64,000 nucleotides of DNA from a virus: IMG/VR virus record IMGVR_UViG_3300019757_000164, positions 60,855 to 124,854 of that record, one strand, 5' to 3'. Below, piece after piece: positions 1-10,614 of the stretch. Within the stretch, counting starts at the first letter, position 1; each line of letters starts with the position of its first letter. The translations under genes and the position numbers were made by a program. The notes beneath the pieces were generated by a model that was not told where the DNA came from, searched no databases, and saw only the letters and a program-made list of their open reading frames with translations.

Positions 1-88
1 CTGAGCTTTCCATTGGTATTACTGGCTTTGACTGCATATTTAACCCTTCGATGTTTCTTATTCTTTATATACTATTATTAGTATTAAA

Positions 89-658
89 CTAACTCTTATT
101 ATCTTTATCTAATACTTCCTGTCTATGGTCAAATATAATTTGTGTATCATTCAATAAGTTTTGTCCATTAAAAGCATAGTATGGATTGAATAATATATTT
201 CTATCTCTACGATTAGAAGTCCTATATATAATATTATTATCCTCTAATTCCTTTAGAGATTTGGTCAAACTATCCCTATTTAATCCGCTCAATTTCATAA
301 GGTCTTTATTAGTTGGCGGCTTACCTTTATATAATACTACATTCTGGGACTTCGTAAGAAGACACAGAAAGGTGAATAGCAAGGATTTTGCTTTATAAGA
401 TAATTGAATTAACCCACTACTCTTGACTTGGTACAATTTTGTGAATCGGTGTTTGCTATTCCACTTATTATTGTACATTTCTTTCTTGGCTTGTATTTGT
501 TCTGTAGATAACAGATCATAATATTCTTCTGCTAACTTCATATAAGATAACACATCATCTATATTAGAAACAAGTTCGCCTGTTTCAATATGGAAAATAT
601 GTTTGTTTTCTATGAAGTACTCATGAAACGTCTGTTTCGTTATCCTGTTCTCTGTCAT
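89..658 (-). CDS. RepL-like winged-helix protein
   Basis: FTKLY...HTH (NKDLMKLSGLNRDSLTKSLKELEDNNII)...NPYYAFNG pattern typical of Firmicutes RepL-like proteins. Confidence 0.6.
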   Translation of the reverse strand: MTENRITKQTFHEYFIENKHIFHIETGELVSNIDDVLSYMKLAEEYYDLLSTEQIQAKKEMYNNKWNSKHRFTKLYQVKSSGLIQLSYKAKSLLFTFLCLLTKSQNVVLYKGKPPTNKDLMKLSGLNRDSLTKSLKELEDNNIIYRTSNRRDRNILFNPYYAFNGQNLLNDTQIIFDHRQEVLDKDNKS

Positions 659-839
659 TATTAATAACCTCTTTTCTATGTTGTTTAAGATATGTTTGTA
701 ATGCTATGTTGTTTTCAAAGATAAATACGGTTCTCTCTTTGTTTATGTTGTTAGGTTCTATATCTATCACTCTGAAGCCCTGTCTGATTAATTCTCTGGC
801 TATCCTATATGATATAATCCTTTTCTTTTTAATAGTCAT
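621..839 (-). CDS. small phage protein (DUF5659-like)
   Basis: SYRIARELIRQGFRVIDIEPN...RTVFIFEN; SD-like GAAAGGAA upstream. Confidence 0.55.
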   Translation of the reverse strand: MTIKKKRIISYRIARELIRQGFRVIDIEPNNINKERTVFIFENNIALQTYLKQHRKEVINNDREQDNETDVS

Positions 840-1155
840 TTTATTTCCTTTCTTATATAATAGTAATTGACGTAACTATATCTAATAGACTATGTTTGGT
901 TTTCATGTTAATATATTTAGTTGTCATTTATATGTTGTCCCCCTTTCTGATGTAGCGTAGACATAGTACGTTCAACTTAATAATACCATATTTAAATAGT
1001 TATTGTCAAACATTTTACCATTCTAAATATTTATAGCTAGTATAGAATTTATTTATGGTTGTTTTAAATTAATTAGTAAATTATGCTTGACATTATTCTA
1101 TAAATAGTATATCATTATAAATGTAAAGAGGAACTAACTATTAAAGGAGATTATT

Positions 1156-1353
1156 ATGAAGAAAATTATTAATAAAGACGGAACTATCACATTAAATTTA
1201 ACTTCAAAAGAATTGGAAATGTTGGATATTGGATTAGGTAGCATGATTGGTGATTTAGCTTATACTATTGATAGTCCGTATACTGAAGATTGTATTGCAG
1301 AAGATGCGGAGAAAGAAATGAATGATTATATCAAATTAAGAGAACAATTATAA
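1156..1353 (+). CDS. hypothetical protein
   Basis: ORF with AAAGGAGA SD, downstream of a TTGACA promoter near 1088. Confidence 0.75.
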   Translation: MKKIINKDGTITLNLTSKELEMLDIGLGSMIGDLAYTIDSPYTEDCIAEDAEKEMNDYIKLREQL

Positions 1354-1382
1354 GAAGTTAATAAAATACAAAAGGAGTAGAT

Positions 1383-1604
1383 ATGAATAAATGGTATGTA
1401 CAAGTTACAGAAATCAAACATCAGAATAGATGGGCTAAATGTATTATAGATTCAAATAATTCTATTGTACTAGAGATAGAATTTATGGATATAAAAATAG
1501 CAAATAGTATTGTTAATACTCACAATGATTCTGTAGAACTTTCTTATGAGATAGGAATGAAGGAAGGCGTTAAAATAACAAAAGAAGTTTATGGAGATAA
1601 ATAA
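1383..1604 (+). CDS. hypothetical protein
   Basis: ORF with AAAGGAG SD. Confidence 0.75.
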   Translation: MNKWYVQVTEIKHQNRWAKCIIDSNNSIVLEIEFMDIKIANSIVNTHNDSVELSYEIGMKEGVKITKEVYGDK

Positions 1605-1708
1605 ATATTTTTTAAAAAAGTTTTGAAAAAGTGTTGACATTAATATCATAGTATAGTATACTTAAGATAGTTAAAGGATAGCACTTAAAAAATGACTTGG
1701 AGGTCAAT

Positions 1709-1981
1709 ATGAAAAAGTATAATGATGAATATGGATTTATTAACACAGAAGTATCAGAAGATTACAGAATTATTGCAAGTATGATGCTAGAAGAAGAATA
1801 TAATACATACATGAGTAAATGGGGCTATTTACCTAAGAGATATAGACTTGTAGTAGATAATGGCTGTGGATTAGCTTACACTGATAAATTTGAAACAATC
1901 GAAGAATTAAGAAAAGCAGTTAATAGGATTCAATTCATAACAGATGAAGAAAAAGAATTTTTGCTAAGATTAGAAGCCTAA
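1709..1981 (+). CDS. hypothetical protein
   Basis: GGAGG SD before ATG 1709; promoter near 1634; terminator follows. Confidence 0.75.
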   Translation: MKKYNDEYGFINTEVSEDYRIIASMMLEEEYNTYMSKWGYLPKRYRLVVDNGCGLAYTDKFETIEELRKAVNRIQFITDEEKEFLLRLEA

Positions 1982-1998
1982 CAGCTTCTTTTTTTTTA
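1971..1998 (+). terminator. intrinsic terminator
   Basis: AGAAGC-loop-GCTTCT followed by a long T run. Confidence 0.75.
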
Positions 1999-2512
1999 TT
2001 GTCTATTATACCTTTTGATTGATTCGTATGAGTAGTTATATAATATCTGATGTATTAGTACTAGATATGATTATATGAGCTTACAGGGCTATATGATGGG
2101 ATTAGGGTAAAGAACTTTATAAAAGTTTATATAAAAAAAGACTATTTAACGATAGTCTCTAATTGATCTAATATAGTTATAGTATCTGGATTGAATGAAG
2201 ATATTATTTCTTTCTCATGACTAAAGTCTAGCAAAGTATCTATGTATTCGTCTAATAATTCATAACCCATTGACTCGTACATCTCACCCTCTAACAATGA
2301 GTATCTATCCATATATAGTAATATAGATTGTGTTTATGATTATATTATATATTAAGTTAGGTGTAATGTAAAGGATAAGTTTATATAATTTTATTTTAAA
2401 TAAGTGTTGACATGGATATAATGAGTGTGATACAATAAGGTGATAGGTAAATTTGATAAACAGAAAGTGTTAAATGAAAAAAAAACAATGGATTTAAAGA
2501 AGGGAGTCACAC

Positions 2513-3184
2513 ATGAAGAGAGTACCACAGAACACAGATACATACAGAACTATAAATAAAGTATACAAGAGTCTAAAAGTAAATCAGGAAATTAAAAACT
2601 ATAAAGAGTTTTGCAAGTTATTAGGTTTGAGTCCATCAAGTGGAAATAGTAGAAATGGACATATAAGAACCTTTAACTATTTCTTTGAATATGAAAGAAA
2701 AGGACATGGCTATATAATAACAAAGATATATGACAAACCAATAGAGTACAATAGATACCATAAATCAGAGTATAAAAATGAAAGATATTGTTATGGTGAT
2801 ATAAATGATTACCTCGACACAAAAGGTATATATGCACTAATAAACAAAAGTGATATATACATAGGCAAAAGCTTTGATCTATATACTAGACTCTCTAATC
2901 ACCTAGGAGAACACAGTAGTATACCTTATACTAGAGATATGCTTATTAACGGCGGAATGTGTTATGTATTATTTGATTTGGGTATTGATGATGATTATCT
3001 GTTAAAAGAATGTGAGTCAATAGTAATAAACCATTATATAGATAATACCAATTTAAATGTAGTCAATAAAAGAAAGAACGTCAATAATAAGAAACAATCA
3101 TTGAATAGATATATTACAGTATCCACAGAGGATTATGAGTTAGCTGTGAGTATACTGAAAGGTAATAATATAGAAGTACTGTAA
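2513..3184 (+). CDS. GIY-YIG nuclease with N-terminal domain shared with the next gene
   Basis: GIYALINKSDIYIGKS...R...H...E...N motifs. Confidence 0.8.
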   Translation: MKRVPQNTDTYRTINKVYKSLKVNQEIKNYKEFCKLLGLSPSSGNSRNGHIRTFNYFFEYERKGHGYIITKIYDKPIEYNRYHKSEYKNERYCYGDINDYLDTKGIYALINKSDIYIGKSFDLYTRLSNHLGEHSSIPYTRDMLINGGMCYVLFDLGIDDDYLLKECESIVINHYIDNTNLNVVNKRKNVNNKKQSLNRYITVSTEDYELAVSILKGNNIEVL

Positions 3185-3385
3185 ACTGCAAAGGAATAGA
3201 ATGCAAATTTGTATTTAAATGAAAACTTGAACAATAAAAAGGCAATAATATAAATATAGTTATATCATCTTTTATGTTCAACTTTTAGAAAGGAGTTATA
3301 TAATAATTTTTAGGTACTTTAATTTGCTTATAAGTAATATTATATATAAGCAAAAAAAGGTACGCGAAATTGAAAGGAGAATGAT

Positions 3386-4612
3386 ATGGATAATTATAAA
3401 AACTTAAAAGATACATACACGCGACTACAAGAGGGTCAAATATTCAAGAATTATAGGTCGCTGTGTGAATTCCTTAACCAGCCAGTAAAGACAGGTAGTA
3501 AGAATAAGAAGTACCAAATAGAAGAGTTTAATAGGTATTTTGAGTTTGACAAAGCTGGCAAAGGGCATTCGTTAATTATTACAACAGTATATGATGAACC
3601 ATTAGCTAAGATTAGCAAAGGAATGTATAGTAGTTTAATATCAAAACTTATAGTAGATACAATTGTTGAAGAATTGGATCAAGGTAATCATGAGTTATTG
3701 TTATCTAATAATCAACTATTTAATATGCTAAGTATGATTAATGAAAAATATATGTATTATAAGAATGAAGAAAATCACGACCAACTGATAGAGATACTAA
3801 ATGTTAAGCAACAAGATATAGATCACTTTTATTCCGTTACTAGCTTTAGGTTTCAAAGTATGGTAGAATCAGCGTTAAATCATCTTAAGAATGAATTGTT
3901 TTTATTCTATACTAAACCTATGGTTATGATTATTAATATTGGTGGAAATAGAACACAAATGCAGGTAGCCAATGAAGATGAGATACAATATATAACCAAG
4001 ATAAGAAAGAAAGTATTAGAAGAAATGGGATATAGTAATATTAATCATTTCAGAAATAACAAGAAGGATAAGTTTATATATCATAGTAAAGTGCATGAAG
4101 AATTGAATGGTAATATAGAAGAGTTAAAGAATAAGAAATCATGTAACTATAATGGTATAGAGTTTGCATATCAAGTGTATAAGATTATATTTATAGATAG
4201 TATTGAGAAGAAACAACAACAGATCAATCAATACTTAGAAGATAACTCTATAGAAGTTAGACAAGCATTGAATGACCTGATTGTATCTAATACAAATAGT
4301 CAGTATGAGAAAAGATATGATAAGAGTAAACAAGAGATAGGTATATATAACAATACTGTGTTAGCACATCTACATGATTATGAAGATTGGAAAGCATTGC
4401 ATACATACAATCAGCTTAAATTTAAAGCAGGTAACACGTACGTTAATCATGGTAGTAGATTAATAGATTACACTATTAAAACTGATATGGAAGGATACAA
4501 AGAGGAGAAAGGTGTATTAGAAGATAAGGAACACAAAGAACAAACAGAATACCAACAGGAGATTAATAAGAAGATAGATGAAACATTAGGAGTATTGGAT
4601 AAGTTATATTAG
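3386..4612 (+). CDS. phage protein with KNY..LC..L N-terminal domain (putative DNA-binding)
   Basis: 408-aa ORF with GAAAGGAGA SD; first ~75 aa align by eye with the N-terminus of 2513..3184. Confidence 0.75.
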   Translation: MDNYKNLKDTYTRLQEGQIFKNYRSLCEFLNQPVKTGSKNKKYQIEEFNRYFEFDKAGKGHSLIITTVYDEPLAKISKGMYSSLISKLIVDTIVEELDQGNHELLLSNNQLFNMLSMINEKYMYYKNEENHDQLIEILNVKQQDIDHFYSVTSFRFQSMVESALNHLKNELFLFYTKPMVMIINIGGNRTQMQVANEDEIQYITKIRKKVLEEMGYSNINHFRNNKKDKFIYHSKVHEELNGNIEELKNKKSCNYNGIEFAYQVYKIIFIDSIEKKQQQINQYLEDNSIEVRQALNDLIVSNTNSQYEKRYDKSKQEIGIYNNTVLAHLHDYEDWKALHTYNQLKFKAGNTYVNHGSRLIDYTIKTDMEGYKEEKGVLEDKEHKEQTEYQQEINKKIDETLGVLDKLY

Positions 4613-4725
4613 AGAGTATTAACTCTCTTTTCTTCTATCTATATGTAGTTATGAATACTATGTGTGATGGTTATGTATAATGTGTGTTAGTAAATAAGCA
4701 AAAGAAAAGACTATCTAATGACAGT

Positions 4726-4911
4726 CTATAGTTTTGGTATATAATCACCCAATAGATGATATAATGATTTGCATGAATCGGTTAATTCATTGTTGTAATA
4801 ACATTCCCATTCATTAGTATCTTTATTGTATATGATCTTAAATGAGTCTGTATTGAATGATATATCTTTCTTATTGATTAGTTTACCATTGATAGTAATA
4901 TAGTTATTCAT
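4726..4911 (-). CDS. hypothetical protein
   Basis: AAGGAGG SD on minus strand. Confidence 0.65.
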   Translation of the reverse strand: MNNYITINGKLINKKDISFNTDSFKIIYNKDTNEWECYYNNELTDSCKSLYHLLGDYIPKL

Positions 4912-5159
4912 GATTAAACCTCCTTAAATTCCATATTCAATATATCCAACCTTGTCATACCATCCATACTCATTGGATGCCATAATCGTGTGTTATTATT
5001 GAGTACCCACAAGTTGTTATCTATAATTCTATATGATTTTCCATCTTGTTCACATAAGTACGTTGTTTCCTTCTTAAGCTTTGTTATATTCATCTTCTCC
5101 TCCTTATATAATAGTATTGATTTATATTAATAGTATATCATATGTAGATTAGATTGCAA

Positions 5160-5430
5160 TAGGTAATTGTAAAGTATAATAGTATACATTATAGTGTATT
5201 GTATAGTGGTATAATTGTATAGGTGTATGATTGTATACAAAAATACAATATTGTCCATGTCCTGAAAGTTCTCCATGTTCTGTAGCGAGTAAATTTATGA
5301 AATAATAATTATTCTGTAATATCTATAAAATTGTAATCATTACAAATAATAGCCAATAATAAGCAAATATGACCATATTTAAGCCAATAATCAGTAATAA
5401 TCAGCATAAATCATCAGATCATCAATGTAG
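5160..5430. repeat. degenerate short repeats (TGTAT/GTATA cluster and ~10-bp AGCCAATAAT-like units) in an ORF-free region
   Basis: visible directly at 5160-5250 and 5340-5425. Confidence 0.55.
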
Positions 5431-5437
5431 CTAAAAT

Positions 5438-5461
5438 AAGAATATAGTAATTCCAATGGTT
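5438..5461 (-). repeat. 24-bp element, inverted copy of 20180-20203
   Basis: reverse complement AACCATTGGAATTACTATATTCTT vs AACCATTGCAATTGCTATATTCTT, 22/24 identical. Confidence 0.8.
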
Positions 5462-5933
5462 AAAGGTCAATGTATGCATAATTATATATTATACACACAA
5501 TGTACTGTAACACTGATTACTACTAGAATAGGTATAAGAAGAGTATAAAGAAGTGAGTGTTTGCAATGGGTAGGGGGTCTTTTGAGATATTTGATACCTT
5601 TGTTTTTCAGAAATCTCCATGTGTTGGTACAATTCTCTCCATTAAATGGATTGCACTTTACGACAGTGTGTTTTCGTAAAATAGTTAACTATATTGTATT
5701 TTCAACTGTTTAGTATTATACCGGGGGTTACTTTTAATATAAAACCATATATTCATTATACATATAACCCCATTCTCGAATAAACCAAGTAAATATCAAC
5801 GAATATCAGTTTTAAGCAGAGAAATATGAAGCGTATAACGCATATGCGGGTATAAATACACTTATCCATATTAAACTATACTTAGGCATAAAAAATCCCC
5901 AGAGTAAGCTTATTTACTACTCTGAGGTTAAAT

Positions 5934-7604
5934 TTAGTACTTATTTAATTTTTTATATAATCCTTTGTAATTATCCTTAAGATCTTCCGGAAATATGTAT
6001 AATGTATCATAATGAGATAGGGTTTTGTAATCTTCCATCTTTTTATCAGTTCTTTTAACATATTCTTTGACTCTTAAGCTTTTAATATTATTTTGATTAT
6101 ACATACCAAAGTATTCTATCAGTATAGGCTTGCCATCCGTAATAACATACCAATCAGGTTGGTGACCACATGATTTTATTCGAGTCCTATTATCACCATT
6201 ATTGTATATTAGATTGCTTCCAAAATTATCTTTTAATATCTCATGGACTGTCTGTTCTTCCATGCTGTCAAACTCATCTCTGCTCCACCATATATTAAAA
6301 TCAGAGTGATCAAATATATTTGGGTAACATTCATCCACCCAATAAAATAATTCATTTTTATAATAATTACTTAAAACAGTACTCATAGTATTGCTTATAA
6401 GCTTAATGTTTTTCTTGGTGAGATATAATGGCAATCTGTCAAATTTACTGTAACTTAAATCTTTTTCTATTAAATATTTCAATGCCACAACTCTATTTTC
6501 TTTATTCTTCCAATAATTCACAGAGGATATATTAAACTTATACGCAGGATATTTAAATTTAGTTAACATCATAGCACTATATAAAGAATCAGACTGTAGT
6601 TTCTTATTTGACAATTTAGACTCCTTCAGTATCTCATAATAATCAATATCATATACATCATTCTTATCAATTTTCATTTCATCTATATACAACCAGAACG
6701 CATCTCTAATCTCATCATCAGTCATATCTATAGAGCTAGCCCTAACACCATTATGCATCCACGGGGCTACTTTCAAATCATCACGTATAGACATTAGTAT
6801 ATCCTTGCCATTATTAAACATACTGTATGTAGTATTTTTAGGCATCATATTATCTCTGAGGAATTTGGAAATGCCACTTACTGAATAATCATCAATCAAG
6901 CAGATTTTATGGCAATTGATCAAGTACTTTAGCTCATATTCTTTGTTTGCTAATTGTTTTATATATCTATATTTAACACTGAAGTCTACTAGATCCATTT
7001 TTAAATAATCCATATATGCATCTTCTCCAAACCATGTGGTTATCTTATCACCTACAGGGTTGCAAGTTTTAAAGTGCTTATCTTGGCATTTTCTGCATAT
7101 ATTTCCTTTGTTGTAATAAAACTCCTTAGTGTTAGGATAATATTTTTTGCAATTAATACATAATTTGTACTCAAATTCAACATTTAAATTATCGATGCAC
7201 TTTCTTTCAAATTCTGTGTAATTCTCTCTATTTACGTCATTAACAATAATTTCCTTTTCAGATGTATGATTATTATATCCAACCATATCACACAACTTGT
7301 TATATTCTATCCTCTGTTCCTTATTTAATCTTCCAATCTTAACATTTGATAACCAAAGTTTAAACCCATCTATATTCAAGCAACTAGCTTGTTGTGGGTA
7401 ATTCTGATCCGCGTAATACAATTCAATCTTCTTTAGATACTCGCCATAACTCTTAGTTAACTTAGACCCAGTTAATTTAATTCTCCCCAATACCTTTTGA
7501 TTGATATAGCTCATGGGATACCATTCAACATCCATATCGTCAGTATAAACTGGTATCCTAATCCAATCTCCATTTTCTTTTGTTATTTCTTTGTACTCTT
7601 GCAT
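5934..7604 (-). CDS. Zn-finger / DUF4046-like protein with C-terminal PD-(D/E)xK-type nuclease
   Basis: CxxC pairs; NYWKNKENRVVALKYLIE; C-terminal S.EE...PDW...IEYFGMY...IFPEDL. Confidence 0.65.
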   Translation of the reverse strand: MQEYKEITKENGDWIRIPVYTDDMDVEWYPMSYINQKVLGRIKLTGSKLTKSYGEYLKKIELYYADQNYPQQASCLNIDGFKLWLSNVKIGRLNKEQRIEYNKLCDMVGYNNHTSEKEIIVNDVNRENYTEFERKCIDNLNVEFEYKLCINCKKYYPNTKEFYYNKGNICRKCQDKHFKTCNPVGDKITTWFGEDAYMDYLKMDLVDFSVKYRYIKQLANKEYELKYLINCHKICLIDDYSVSGISKFLRDNMMPKNTTYSMFNNGKDILMSIRDDLKVAPWMHNGVRASSIDMTDDEIRDAFWLYIDEMKIDKNDVYDIDYYEILKESKLSNKKLQSDSLYSAMMLTKFKYPAYKFNISSVNYWKNKENRVVALKYLIEKDLSYSKFDRLPLYLTKKNIKLISNTMSTVLSNYYKNELFYWVDECYPNIFDHSDFNIWWSRDEFDSMEEQTVHEILKDNFGSNLIYNNGDNRTRIKSCGHQPDWYVITDGKPILIEYFGMYNQNNIKSLRVKEYVKRTDKKMEDYKTLSHYDTLYIFPEDLKDNYKGLYKKLNKY

Positions 7605-7664
7605 AAATCTCCTTTCATAATTATATATAGCTCTCCTATCTATAGTATACCACCGTTAAAAAGT

Positions 7665-7774
7665 AAAGTCAACACTTTATTTAAAGTTTTTTATTTCTAT
7701 ATTTTTAATAAATACACTTGCAAAGCCAAAACAATTATGTTATTATTAAGTGAACAGCTTTAGAAAAGCTTGCA
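7665..7774. promoter_or_regulatory. divergent sigmaA promoter cassette, copy 1
   Basis: TTGACT on minus strand; TTGCAA-17-TATTAT on plus strand; AGCTTTAGAAAAGCTTGCA leader. Confidence 0.65.
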
Positions 7775-7796
7775 AATTAGATTAAGGAGGAATAAA

Positions 7797-8084
7797 ATGT
7801 CAACAAAACTAAAGCAATTAAGAAAAGATGTAAGATATATACAGGGTAATTATGGAGAGATTTATGATTATTGTGGAGGATGGTGCAATAACGAAAGGTT
7901 TGATTGGCTGTTATTTAGAGATAATTCAGACAGTGCAGTAGAATATCTATTAGAGTCATTGATAGATTTATACTTTACAAAAGGTTATGTTTCAAGCACC
8001 GGGTTTACAGTTTTGTTTAATGAAGGAGACAAGAAAGATAAAATACTAATAAAAATAGCAGATAGATATGGATACGAGATATAA
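7797..8084 (+). CDS. hypothetical protein
   Basis: AAGGAGG SD before ATG 7797. Confidence 0.75.
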   Translation: MSTKLKQLRKDVRYIQGNYGEIYDYCGGWCNNERFDWLLFRDNSDSAVEYLLESLIDLYFTKGYVSSTGFTVLFNEGDKKDKILIKIADRYGYEI

Positions 8085-8098
8085 TTAAGGAGGAAATA

Positions 8099-8569
8099 AT
8101 GAATTACAAATTGTATATGAGGTATAGATTAGTAGATTTAAGCAAAGTTAGTGTAGCATCTATCGTAAGTATATTATTACACAATAAACACCAGATAGAT
8201 CTATTTTATGAGATGCTTCCAACAAAAGAAGAGGCTATATGCTCAATGATTAGAGAGTATGTTATATCGGATCGTGAGTCAATCAAGCTAATATCTGAAT
8301 TCGAGTCAGATTTTAATATTAATAAAGGTGACACATACGATGGTAAAGAAATAAATGAGATAAAAGTAAATAAAGATGGTAAATCTGTAAATTTATATTG
8401 GGATTCGGGGCATACTGAAGTAATAAATCCAGATAGTGACGACATTGAACGAATCATTGATGAAGTTGAAAAGAATAGATATAAACCCAATTTTACTGTC
8501 GAAACACATAGACTTTTTAAAAAAGAAAAGAAATCATTGATTAAAAAGGTATTAGATAAAGTAAAGTAA
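8099..8569 (+). CDS. hypothetical protein
   Basis: AAGGAGG SD, operon spacing. Confidence 0.75.
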   Translation: MNYKLYMRYRLVDLSKVSVASIVSILLHNKHQIDLFYEMLPTKEEAICSMIREYVISDRESIKLISEFESDFNINKGDTYDGKEINEIKVNKDGKSVNLYWDSGHTEVINPDSDDIERIIDEVEKNRYKPNFTVETHRLFKKEKKSLIKKVLDKVK

Positions 8570-8581
8570 AAGGAGGATTAA

Positions 8582-9082
8582 ATGAACTTAGAAGAAATTA
8601 AATTTAGAGCAAAGGTAAAATGGAATGGTAATCACAGATTTGCTGGAGATTGGATTTACGGGAACCTTATTAAGATCCCAGTATACAAAAAATATAATAG
8701 CCAAAGACTTGTTGGTGATATTTATAATCATAAAACAATCGTAGACAAGTGGGTATGGGCTATTCAAGAGCATTGTCCAAATAATGGATTAAAGTATAGA
8801 TATGAACCTATAGAGATTGATCCAGATACTATTGGTCAATTTACCGGAAGATATAGTGAAAAAGGAAAAGAAATATATCACGGTGATATTTTGGATGGAA
8901 GTACAGTTGGTATATTTGGTAAATCCAACGGTACTAGATATCAGGTAAAATACAACAGATCATGTTTTAAATTGGTTGCACATTATAGGAACGGAAATAA
9001 ATCTAACATAAACGGAAGTGGAGATGTGTTTGATGTAATAAAGCCAACTATTGTAGGAAATATATATGAAAAAGTAGACTAG
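8582..9082 (+). CDS. YopX family protein
   Basis: EIKFRAK...WIYGNL...IDPDTIGQFTG...GKEIYHGDIL...IVGNIYE. Confidence 0.88.
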   Translation: MNLEEIKFRAKVKWNGNHRFAGDWIYGNLIKIPVYKKYNSQRLVGDIYNHKTIVDKWVWAIQEHCPNNGLKYRYEPIEIDPDTIGQFTGRYSEKGKEIYHGDILDGSTVGIFGKSNGTRYQVKYNRSCFKLVAHYRNGNKSNINGSGDVFDVIKPTIVGNIYEKVD

Positions 9083-9150
9083 TTAATTCTAGTCTTTTTT
9101 CTTTGTAAATTTTCTAAAGTTAAAAAAACTGCCGTTAAGCAGTCTTAATA

Positions 9151-9558
9151 TTAAATCATATTATTCTTAACATCTTTAATCAATCCATCAAATCTATCAA
9201 TAGCATTTGTTTTCCCAACATTTAACTCGTTAATAGCTAATTCACACTGTTTATTATATTTCTCAATACATTCTTCCATGTTGTCATAAATATTCACGCA
9301 TCCGCCAGTTCTGTATCTGTAGCCAGTATTATCAAATGGTGCTATGATCTTATTAGATACTTTGCCGGTTTTAGTAAATGGTCTAAAATGTGTTTCAGAA
9401 TAATATACCGTTTTGTTTTTAGGTAATTCTGAATTATCTACCACCATCACCTTAGTTGGCTTTACGTGCCTAATTGGTTTGTTATTGATATCTATGAATC
9501 TATAATCGCAAATATACACCACCTGTCCTGCTTTCAATAAATTGTTTGCTAATTCCAT
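9151..9558 (-). CDS. hypothetical protein
   Basis: AAGGAGG SD; 135-aa ORF. Confidence 0.75.
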   Translation of the reverse strand: MELANNLLKAGQVVYICDYRFIDINNKPIRHVKPTKVMVVDNSELPKNKTVYYSETHFRPFTKTGKVSNKIIAPFDNTGYRYRTGGCVNIYDNMEECIEKYNKQCELAINELNVGKTNAIDRFDGLIKDVKNNMI

Positions 9559-9570
9559 ATCAATTCCTCC

Positions 9571-9726
9571 TTATACATCCTCAACTTCAACATCTATCAT
9601 ATGTTGTAATTCATCAACTAATTCATACAGCCCTTTTATGTGTTCGTACACTTGTAGAGTAGTTTCTGGATTAATATTATCTATTAGTTCTACTATCTTA
9701 TTTTTAATTGCATATTTTAAAAGCAT
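9571..9726 (-). CDS. small hypothetical protein (51 aa)
   Basis: AAGGAGG SD; fills the gap between co-oriented genes (MLLKYAIKNKIVEL...). Confidence 0.6.
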   Translation of the reverse strand: MLLKYAIKNKIVELIDNINPETTLQVYEHIKGLYELVDELQHMIDVEVEDV

Positions 9727-9735
9727 ATTTCCTCC

Positions 9736-10365
9736 TTATTTAATCCCATATTTAATCTTATCCTCTTCTAAGAATCCAGTATCTTTAATTGTCATAGCTG
9801 AAACCATCATAGCACTATCTATCAATCCTAATTCCCACTCCAGACTCACTCTAGATCTTTGCTTTAGTTTAATCTCATCATAATTACTCAAATAGAACTC
9901 AATTGCAGTATCTCCAAATTTAACTCCCATAGCTTCCCAATCGCATATCATCTGTTTAATATACTTAACTGGCATCTCAAGATTTCTTTCACTCCAATAG
10001 TTCCAGTGGTGTTTATTATTATCTTTGTGATGTTGCCAAGCTCTATCAAAATTTTCTCTTAGGCGATTATGTTCTTCTTTGATAAAATCAAAACCACCAT
10101 TTAAACCCAATGCTTCTACTAGATGTTTATACCTAGATCCAGATAGTTCAACTATTTCAGAATCTGTTTTGTTTTTTATTTTAACTCCAAACGGAGAATT
10201 AAACCATTCAGCATACGTCTTGAATTCTTTTGGGTTAAACTTGCTCAAGTCATGCATAAGTGCGTGCAAATACATTTTTTTATGCCAACAAACCTTAAAT
10301 ACATTCTTCTTGTGCTCCAATACATACTTTAAATATTCTTTATAATAATTCATATCTTTTTCCAA
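9736..10365 (-). CDS. DUF5662-like HD-type metal-dependent hydrolase
   Basis: HK..V...HDLSKF...AWQHH...NKHHWNYW...MP..YI..MICDW. Confidence 0.75.
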   Translation of the reverse strand: MEKDMNYYKEYLKYVLEHKKNVFKVCWHKKMYLHALMHDLSKFNPKEFKTYAEWFNSPFGVKIKNKTDSEIVELSGSRYKHLVEALGLNGGFDFIKEEHNRLRENFDRAWQHHKDNNKHHWNYWSERNLEMPVKYIKQMICDWEAMGVKFGDTAIEFYLSNYDEIKLKQRSRVSLEWELGLIDSAMMVSAMTIKDTGFLEEDKIKYGIK

Positions 10366-10413
10366 ATTATTCGTCCTCCTTAAAAATTAATATCTCATAT
10401 TAGGTTCATCAGT

Positions 10414-10614
10414 TTAATCTAACTTAACACTATTCTTATCAAATCTAGTTATTTCTTGATTGTAGCACTTGTATGTACATCCGACAATAGCACCGTATTG
10501 ATCATTATTAAGTTTATCATATTCCACTACAACCTCATCGTAATACTTATCAAGAAACCCTTCAATAGTCGAGTCTTGGACATTTGATTTAATTTCGTTT
10601 ACTAAAACTTTCAT
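10414..10614 (-). CDS. hypothetical protein
   Basis: AAGGAGG SD; ATGA overlap with upstream gene. Confidence 0.7.
   Translation of the reverse strand: MKVLVNEIKSNVQDSTIEGFLDKYYDEVVVEYDKLNNDQYGAIVGCTYKCYNQEITRFDKNSVKLD

Noticed and set aside
5160-5430. CRISPR or guide-RNA array
   Set aside because: Repeats are short and degenerate with no unique regularly sized spacers; no cas-like genes in the window
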